DNA of 64,000 nucleotides from Armatimonadota bacterium (GTDB lineage Bacteria; Armatimonadota; UBA5829; DSUL01): NCBI GenBank assembly GCA_039811685.1, contig JBDHZC010000005.1, positions 1 to 64,000 of the forward strand, read 5' to 3'. Shown piece by piece: positions 57,422 to 64,000 of this stretch (position 1 is its first letter; each line of letters starts with the position of its first letter). The notes under the pieces were generated by a model. It saw only the letters and a program-made list of their open reading frames with translations, ran no database searches and was not told where the DNA came from. The position numbers and the translations under genes were made by a program.

Positions 57422-59562
57422 CGGGGTATCTCACCTGATAGGTTTGTGGATGCGCGGCGTGCCTGGCGCAGGCGCGCTTGCGCTATCCGGAAAGCGGCAT
57501 GCAGATCGTCCATTCGATTTTCCCTGATATAGCCGCGGCCGTAGAGCACTTCTGTCAGGATGATGGCCGCATGGTGAATGGCCTCATACGCCTCAGGTTG
57601 TCCAGCCAGCAGCGGCTGCGCCCGTTGAGTCAGCTCAAGTGGACTCTCGGACGGCTGGCTCCTGAGTCCCAGGCGGCGAAGCTCCCGCGCCAGACGCCGC
57701 CAGGTCTTTTGCGCCTCGCGTATCTCGCTGCGAACGTGGCGATGCGCCTCAGTTCTGGTTTCGGAGCCGCCTTCGGCGATGACCATAATCCGCAGCCCGA
57801 TAATACCAATTGCCAGAGCCGCCAGCAGGAACATCACCCTCGGATTTCTGTCTGTCAGAGTGTGGACCAGCTCGTTCCACACCGTTTCCCAGTAGCCGGG
57901 AGCGGGTGCGCTGTCAGAGGGCGTGGCTTCAAAGGGAATCCACCCATACCCGGGAAAATAAACCTCCGCCCAGGAATGCTTGTCTTTGTCGCGCACAACC
58001 CATGCGCGCTGCTCGATGTCATAGTCTCCCTGAATGTACCCGGTGGCAATGCGGGCCGGGATGCCGGCTGCGCGCGCCATTGTCGCCAGGGCTGTCGCGA
58101 ACAAATCACAATAGCCCCGCTTGCTCTGGAACAGGAAATAGTCCACCGCGTCAGGCTCTCGCGCGGGGATCGGCGGAGTCTGCAGGTCGTAGGCGCAGGT
58201 GCGCGAAAGCATCTTCTGCAGCGCAAGCATTTTGTCGTAGTTGTTGTGATAGGGGCGCGTGAGCTTCCGGGCCAGCTCCTGCACACGCGCGGAGACAAAG
58301 GGCGGCTCAAGGTAGTAACCGTTGCGCAGCCATCTCGGATATTCCTCGGACGCTTCGCGCAGACGTTGTGGGTCAGGGTCGGAAACGTTGGAGAAAACTG
58401 TGTAGTCGCGCACGAGTGAGCTTGCCGGACTGCCAGATAATCGCCACGAGTTGAAGTTGTCCCGCCGCAATCCACCGGATCTTTGCTTCACGTCAATCCG
58501 GTAGGCTTCAGCCAGGGCCGGCAGATATTGGCCTGGCTCAGTCGTCAGATTGAAGTCCTGCCGGATCTCCCGTACCGCGGAGGGATCGATCGAGCCTTCC
58601 ATCTGCAAGCGCACTGTCGGCGGTCTTCCTCCGATCCACAGGGCGCGCGTCTCGCCCCCGTCCATCGGTTGGGCGCTGGAGCGCCATTCCCGGCCTGTGT
58701 AGTTGTCCCACACCCGGCTGCGCCAATACCCGGATGCAGGCAGCCTGAACGCTGTGGCCGGTGAGTCATCGCCGCCGGCCGACGACATCTTCACTGTCAT
58801 CACGACACGGCTGGACAGCCGGACAGGCCCTTCACTGATCTCCAGCGTGTTGCTTTCGTTGTCCATCCCTATCTCGGGGCCGTGCCTGGTTGTATAGACG
58901 TCAGGCGCCATCATCACAAACGCGCGAGTCGCCGTCTGCTGCAAAAGCGGACTGACCGCCAGCCCCGCCACAACAGAGCCCACTCCGAGCGCCAGCGCCG
59001 TGGATACCGCCCGCGCCGAAGAAGCGACCTGCGAGCGTTCCGAAGGCGTTTTGCCGCTTTCAATGAACATTGTGATAGAGGAGCACAGCCAGATGCTGAA
59101 GTACGCAAGCGTATCGCCACCAGGGCTGGTCGTCGCGACAACGCCGATTAACGCCAGAGACGGCACGGTGGAAAACAGCAGCGAATCATCTGAAACAAGC
59201 GAGAACGAACGCACGACTTCAGCCCACACCAGCATCACCGCCAGTGAAAGCTCCTTGTGCGTCATAGCCAGCCCCGGGCTGAAAAGCGGAGACGTCTCCC
59301 CGGTCGCAAAGAGCCGGGCATAGGTCGCCAGACAGATGCCTATCACAACAGTCTCGACGATGCGCAGATTCTTCCCCTGCGCGCGCAGGCGGATACTGAC
59401 AAAGTAGCCTGTCGCCACCAGAACAGCAGCCACAAGAAAGAACCACGCAGACTGTACGGCAGCGGCTATCGCCGCGACGCCTGTCAAAGATGTCACCAGC
59501 CCCGCGCCGTAGAACGTCCGGTGTGTGTGCGAGGCTTCGGTTTTACTGTCGTGTGTGGTCAT
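57418..59562 (-). CDS. Membrane transglutaminase-like protein (TgpA-like)
   Basis: TM N-terminus; 'YWR', 'GYCDLFA', 'GIPARIATGY', 'HSWAEVYFPGYGWIPFEATP'. Confidence 0.88.
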   Translation of the reverse strand: MTTHDSKTEASHTHRTFYGAGLVTSLTGVAAIAAAVQSAWFFLVAAVLVATGYFVSIRLRAQGKNLRIVETVVIGICLATYARLFATGETSPLFSPGLAMTHKELSLAVMLVWAEVVRSFSLVSDDSLLFSTVPSLALIGVVATTSPGGDTLAYFSIWLCSSITMFIESGKTPSERSQVASSARAVSTALALGVGSVVAGLAVSPLLQQTATRAFVMMAPDVYTTRHGPEIGMDNESNTLEISEGPVRLSSRVVMTVKMSSAGGDDSPATAFRLPASGYWRSRVWDNYTGREWRSSAQPMDGGETRALWIGGRPPTVRLQMEGSIDPSAVREIRQDFNLTTEPGQYLPALAEAYRIDVKQRSGGLRRDNFNSWRLSGSPASSLVRDYTVFSNVSDPDPQRLREASEEYPRWLRNGYYLEPPFVSARVQELARKLTRPYHNNYDKMLALQKMLSRTCAYDLQTPPIPAREPDAVDYFLFQSKRGYCDLFATALATMARAAGIPARIATGYIQGDYDIEQRAWVVRDKDKHSWAEVYFPGYGWIPFEATPSDSAPAPGYWETVWNELVHTLTDRNPRVMFLLAALAIGIIGLRIMVIAEGGSETRTEAHRHVRSEIREAQKTWRRLARELRRLGLRSQPSESPLELTQRAQPLLAGQPEAYEAIHHAAIILTEVLYGRGYIRENRMDDLHAAFRIAQARLRQARRASTNLSGEIPR

Positions 59563-60718
59563 TCTTACCAACAATATAGACGCCTGAGAGACCCTGGCGG
59601 GTTTCAGGCAACGGACTGACGACTGGCTCGGCGCTATCCTGATCACCGGAGATCAACAGCGCCGAAGCAGAACCGCGCATACTCTGCAGCACTCCGAGCG
59701 CCGCCTTCGCGTCTTCGTCCCAGTGGCAACACACAAGCACGGTGGTACCCGAGAAAGCCTCCTGCGAAAAGGCTTGCCGGACGGTCATCTCCAGCGTTTC
59801 TTTGGATTCCGGCTGCGCCAGCGCTAAGGCTGAGAGGGCTTCCTGCCTGGCCGCTTCCGGAGACAGGCCAGAGCTTCCGAGCCACTGATTGCCTGCCAGA
59901 ACACTGCTTTGATGGTTCTTGCTCCACGCCTGGTGCAGCAGGAACGAAGCTACGCTGCATGCGACCTCAAAGCGCTCGCGGCCGTCAGAGCCTTTACGCG
60001 GCGCCCGTTCGTCCAGCAGAATCCTCAGATCTCTGGAAACTTCATTTTCAAACTCCATCACCGCCAGATGTCCCATGCGCGCTGTATAAGGCCAGTGGAC
60101 CCGGCGCAGGGTGTCACCCGGGGCCCACTCCCGCACCGAGTAGGGACTGGAACCGTCCATAGCGCGCTGCCCAGACTCATTCATCCCAGCCGTGTTCTGG
60201 CGGGCAGGCTGTATGGATTTTGGTGCGTGAGGGTCCAGTGGTTGCGGCCAGGCCAGCACTTCTGTCTCCTGTAGCGTCCGGTTTCGCACCATATAAAGCC
60301 CGACTGGGTCCTGGATGTTCACGGTAATGTGCCCGATAGAGTGTTCCCCGCGCGCATTGGCCTGCATCTGGCATCGCCACGACACGGGCGAAGGAGGAGA
60401 CGTCTCTGACTTCTCAACCTCGATAAGGTCCAGCTCTTCCGGCAGGTCCAGCGACACGTGCAACCGCAAGTACTCTGGCGCGCGCGCCCGGTCCAGCGTT
60501 ACGATAAGCTCAAAAGGCTGACCGACCGGGACCAGACCGGGGCAGGCACAGCTCAGGGAAAGATGTCGCGTATAGCCCTTGGTCAGAACGTATGAGAACA
60601 GAGCAAGCGCCGCCAGGCCGCTTGCCATCACAAACAGTTCGGCGATATTCAGCAGCGTTCCCACAACGATCAGGAACACTATCCCCAGTAGTAACCCTTT
60701 TCCTCTACCGCTTAGCAT
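59543..60718 (-). CDS. DUF58 domain protein
   Basis: 'RG', 'DPVGL', 'VREWAPGDTLRRVHW..TAR.G.L.V.EFE'. Confidence 0.88.
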   Translation of the reverse strand: MLSGRGKGLLLGIVFLIVVGTLLNIAELFVMASGLAALALFSYVLTKGYTRHLSLSCACPGLVPVGQPFELIVTLDRARAPEYLRLHVSLDLPEELDLIEVEKSETSPPSPVSWRCQMQANARGEHSIGHITVNIQDPVGLYMVRNRTLQETEVLAWPQPLDPHAPKSIQPARQNTAGMNESGQRAMDGSSPYSVREWAPGDTLRRVHWPYTARMGHLAVMEFENEVSRDLRILLDERAPRKGSDGRERFEVACSVASFLLHQAWSKNHQSSVLAGNQWLGSSGLSPEAARQEALSALALAQPESKETLEMTVRQAFSQEAFSGTTVLVCCHWDEDAKAALGVLQSMRGSASALLISGDQDSAEPVVSPLPETRQGLSGVYIVGKNDHTRQ

Positions 60719-61697
60719 AAGTCAACGGGCAGGCAATAGAATCCAGCGTGTCCCGGATGATCTGCGCAGGGTCCAACCCTCGCACGCGCATCTCCGGCTT
60801 GAGCACAAGGCGGTGGGACAGTACAGGCACTGCGACGGATTTGACGTCATCTGGCGTAGTGTAGGCTCGGCCCTGCATGGCCGCCAGAGCCCTGGCCGCA
60901 AAGATCAGGCTCAGAGTTCCGCGAGGGCTGACTCCGAGAAAGACTTCGTGCCGGACACGGGTTGCGGTGGCGATTTCCACTACCCAGTCCCGAATCGCCT
61001 CATCCACAAAAATCATCTGCGTGGCATGTTGCAGAGCGGAGAGTTCTCCGGCGTTGATGACAGGATGCACTATCTGGATCGGATTTTCCCCGAGACGCGA
61101 CTCCAGAATGCGGCTTTCGTCGCGCACGCTCGGATATCCCATCGACAGTGAAAGCATGAAACGGTCAAGCTGCGCTTCCGGAAGAGGGTATGTCCCCTGG
61201 AGCTCAATGTGGTTTTGTGTGGCGATGACGAAAAACGGCCGGGGGATAAGATGGGTCACTCCGTCTGACGTTACCTGCGCTTCTTCCATGCACTCCAGAA
61301 GGCTGGACTGTGTCTTGGGGCTGGCCCTGTTGATCTCATCAGCGAGTACGACGTTGGCAAACACCGGCCCCGGGCGGAACTCAAACTCCAGCGTCTTCTG
61401 ATTGTAAATAGAGATTCCTGTAACGTCCGAGGGCAGCAGATCTGGTGTGAACTGAATGCGCTTGAAAGTGCATCCCAGCGCTTTGGCAAGCGTCTTGGCC
61501 AGACTCGTCTTGCCGACGCCCGGAATGTCTTCAATAAGGATATGCCCTCCGGCAAAGACCGCTGCCAGCGCAAGCCGGATCGCATCCCTCTTGCCGAGGA
61601 TGACCTTCTCTATTTCGTTCAGAATTGCCTGAGAGGCAGCGTATATCTCGCCTGCGGCATCTTCGGGACTGGTGAATCTCTCTGAGTGATGATCCAA
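60705..61697 (-). CDS. MoxR family AAA+ ATPase
   Basis: 'PGVGKT', 'RIQFTPDLLPSD', 'DEINRASPKTQS', 'PLPEAQLDRF'. Confidence 0.95.
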   Translation of the reverse strand: MDHHSERFTSPEDAAGEIYAASQAILNEIEKVILGKRDAIRLALAAVFAGGHILIEDIPGVGKTSLAKTLAKALGCTFKRIQFTPDLLPSDVTGISIYNQKTLEFEFRPGPVFANVVLADEINRASPKTQSSLLECMEEAQVTSDGVTHLIPRPFFVIATQNHIELQGTYPLPEAQLDRFMLSLSMGYPSVRDESRILESRLGENPIQIVHPVINAGELSALQHATQMIFVDEAIRDWVVEIATATRVRHEVFLGVSPRGTLSLIFAARALAAMQGRAYTTPDDVKSVAVPVLSHRLVLKPEMRVRGLDPAQIIRDTLDSIACPLTYAKR

Positions 61698-61879
61698 TGT
61701 CGGGCTGTGCTCCTACGGGTTTTCGTTGCGGGAAGTCCGGCGTCTTCCCGCAATGACGACTTCTATGATAGACGCTTCAGATGGCGTCAGGTCTAACAAA
61801 CATTGTAAAGTATTGTGAACTCTGGTTGTATGACGCGATTTTTCCGCCACCAGGGTCAATGTGGAGGGCGAAAGCACCG

Positions 61880-62743
61880 GTGAAATCAGCGTTATCAGGC
61901 GTCTTTACCGCCATGGTCACTCCTTTTGACAGCGCTCAGAGCGTTGATCTTCGATGGATGCGACAGCATCTGGAGTTTCTGCGGCTTGGCGGTGTTGACG
62001 GCATCGTCTCCTGCGGGACCAATGGCGAAGGTCACAGCCTCTCTCTGTCTGAGCGCTGCGCCATTGTGGATTTTCTGTGCGCCCATCGCAAGAAGCTCAA
62101 GCTGATTGTGAGCGCTGGATTTCCCAGTCTGACGGAAACGCTCGAGTTTGCCCAGTTTTGTGACAGCCGCCGCGTTGACGCCCTTCTGATAACACCTCCG
62201 TACTTTGACCCTCAGCCCTCGGAAGACGGTCTGGCAGCCTGGTTTGAGTATCTGGCGCAGCGCGTGCGTACGCCGATTTTTCTTTACAACATTCCGCAGA
62301 TGACGGGAATAGTGATAACGCCTTCTCTGTGGCGCCGCCTGAGCCGCTTCAAGCAGATTATCGGCGTCAAGGATTCGACAGGCGATATCGCTTCAACGCG
62401 CGCGTTCATCGAAAGCGCGCCCAACAAGCTCATTTTCGTCGGACACGACAAATGCTCCGCCGCCGCGCTGCACAGCGGGGCATCTGGCGTCATCACCGGT
62501 CTTTCCAACGTTTTTCCCGCGCAGGTGGTTCAGATCTGGAGGGACTTTCGCAGCGGGAAGTCCGCGGATCAGTCGCAGGAGCTTGTCTCAGCGTTGATGG
62601 ACGCTTTCGACGGACTGCCGCCGCGCGCCGCCACCAAATACGCGCTCCATCTGTGCGGCATGCCGCGCACACACGTCCGCCCGCCGGCAATAGAGCTGAC
62701 ACCGCAGCAGGAAGAGACGCTGCGCAAGCGCCTGACGGTGTAG
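61880..62743 (+). CDS. Dihydrodipicolinate synthase family protein
   Basis: 'TAMVTPF', 'GTNGEG', 'PPYF', 'LYNIP', 'GVKDS'; upstream of lysA. Confidence 0.85.
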   Translation: MKSALSGVFTAMVTPFDSAQSVDLRWMRQHLEFLRLGGVDGIVSCGTNGEGHSLSLSERCAIVDFLCAHRKKLKLIVSAGFPSLTETLEFAQFCDSRRVDALLITPPYFDPQPSEDGLAAWFEYLAQRVRTPIFLYNIPQMTGIVITPSLWRRLSRFKQIIGVKDSTGDIASTRAFIESAPNKLIFVGHDKCSAAALHSGASGVITGLSNVFPAQVVQIWRDFRSGKSADQSQELVSALMDAFDGLPPRAATKYALHLCGMPRTHVRPPAIELTPQQEETLRKRLTV

Positions 62744-62829
62744 CCTCTCCGTGCCGCAGCCCCCGCACTCCGCCAAGCGTGTGTGTTTCCGAGCGCTTCT
62801 CCGTCTGGCCGCTTACCGGCGCCTGGAAA

Positions 62830-62859
62830 TTGACATGCCCGGATGGGGGCGGCTAAAAT
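62830..62859 (+). promoter_or_regulatory. Sigma70-type promoter upstream of lysA
   Basis: TTGACA-18 bp-TAAAAT. Confidence 0.55.
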
Positions 62860-62981
62860 CTGACCACTGTTACTGGAGTCTGTGACGCCAGGGCGGCCTG
62901 CTTCTGCCCTGGCTTTCTGCTGTTTGTGTGTGTCTGGCAGGCCGGACATTCACCCTCAGTCGATAGAATGAACGCACCACT

Positions 62982-64000
62982 TTGACGCTCTTTGGAACGC
63001 AGAAGGTCCGCGAAAACGGCCATTTCGAGATTGGCGGCTGCGACGCGGTGGAGTTGGCACGGCGATTTGGGACGCCTTTGTACGTACTCGATGAGCAGTT
63101 CATCCGCCAGAGGATGCGGGAATACCTCAGCTCCTTTCAGAGCCGCTACCCCGCTGTCAAAATCGCCTTCGCGGGCAAGGCCTTTCTCACGCTGGCAATG
63201 GCGCGCATTGTCGATCAGGAGGGTCTGTATCTGGACGTCGCCTCAGATGGCGAGCTGTTCACAGCTCTGCAGGCGGGGTTTCCCGCTGAGCGCATTGTTA
63301 TGCACGGCAACAACAAGAGTCCGGGCGAGCTTGGAATGGCGCTGGAGGCCGGAGTCGGACGCATCGTCGTTGACAATTCGCTGGAGATTGAGCGTCTCAT
63401 TCAGCTTTCTGAACAAAAAGGGGTCACGCCTTCGGTTCTGGTGCGCACCGCGCCTGGCATTGATCCGAAAACGCACCGGCGCATTCGCACTGGTCAGGAG
63501 GACACCAAGTTTGGCCTGAACATCCGCGATGGCAGCGCGATGAAGGCTGTGCAGAGGTGTGTGGACTCGCAGCGCCTGCGCTTTATGGGCATCCACTGCC
63601 ACGTGGGATCGCAGCTTATGGACGCAGAGTCCCACCAACAGGCCTCAGACATCATGTGCGCCTTTATGCGCGAGCTTCAGGATGCGACGGGCGCGCGGGT
63701 GGAAGAGCTGGACATGGGCGGGGGTCTGGGCATCAGCTACGTGCAGGCGCAATCCCCGCTGAGCGTAGATGACTACTCAGAGCAAGTTGTAAACGCCGTC
63801 CGGGAGTCACTGGATAGATACAACCTGGAGCCTCCGGTGCTCGGCCAGGAGCCCGGCCGGTCCATCGTCGGACAGGCTGGCGTGACGCTTTATGAAGTCG
63901 GCGCGATAAAAGAAGTGCCGATTCCGGAAGCTCCCGGGACGCGAACTTACGTTAACATTGATGGGGGTATGTCTGACAATCCGCGCCCACAGCTCTACGA
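62982..64000 (+). CDS. lysA: Diaminopimelate decarboxylase (runs off the window; not in the ORF track)
   Basis: TTG start: MTLFGTQ...IGGCDAVELARRFGTPLYVLDE; 'FAGKAF', 'HGNNKS', 'TKFG', 'HCHVGSQ', 'DMGGG', 'EPGR', 'DGGMSDNPRP'. Confidence 0.95.
   Translation, partial: MTLFGTQKVRENGHFEIGGCDAVELARRFGTPLYVLDEQFIRQRMREYLSSFQSRYPAVKIAFAGKAFLTLAMARIVDQEGLYLDVASDGELFTALQAGFPAERIVMHGNNKSPGELGMALEAGVGRIVVDNSLEIERLIQLSEQKGVTPSVLVRTAPGIDPKTHRRIRTGQEDTKFGLNIRDGSAMKAVQRCVDSQRLRFMGIHCHVGSQLMDAESHQQASDIMCAFMRELQDATGARVEELDMGGGLGISYVQAQSPLSVDDYSEQVVNAVRESLDRYNLEPPVLGQEPGRSIVGQAGVTLYEVGAIKEVPIPEAPGTRTYVNIDGGMSDNPRPQLY

Noticed and set aside
62744..62981. Lysine riboswitch before lysA
   Set aside because: The leader after the promoter is only ~115 nt and I see no L-box consensus.
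1..64000. tRNA, rRNA or prophage
   Set aside because: No cloverleaf, rRNA-like segment or phage structural gene was recognised by eye; a tRNAscan/Infernal run would be needed to exclude small RNAs.

Overview
A GC-rich bacterial chromosomal segment. An Armatimonadota-like origin is inferred from the H-X9-DG prepilin-type gene, a shared C-terminal domain on secreted proteins, and the rpsT/holA and 3D-domain/rsmA gene order. Most of the window is housekeeping and metabolic genes: Nif3, coaX, dusB, LDH/MDH, NDH-2, cstA, hisG, trpB2, yhaM, GH2, uxuA, ccmABCDEF, nadB, rsmA, IDH, rpsT, holA, MoxR-DUF58-transglutaminase, dapA-like and lysA. It also carries a 1598-aa DUF4011-helicase-nuclease (Hhe-like) candidate defence gene. 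Two intergenic hotspots (about 4.3-6.3 kb and 23.5-24.8 kb) are mosaics of three palindromic repeat families interleaved with short unrelated gene fragments and a promoter; one contains an intact REP-associated tyrosine transposase (RAYT). Other points of interest: a ~200-aa C-terminal module shared by two unrelated secreted proteins, an acyl-ACP-reductase-like gene without a neighbouring aldehyde-deformylating oxygenase, a structured leader upstream of the 3D-domain/rsmA genes, and an unlisted CcmD next to a Cys-type CcmE. All family calls come from motif recognition by eye; no searches were run.
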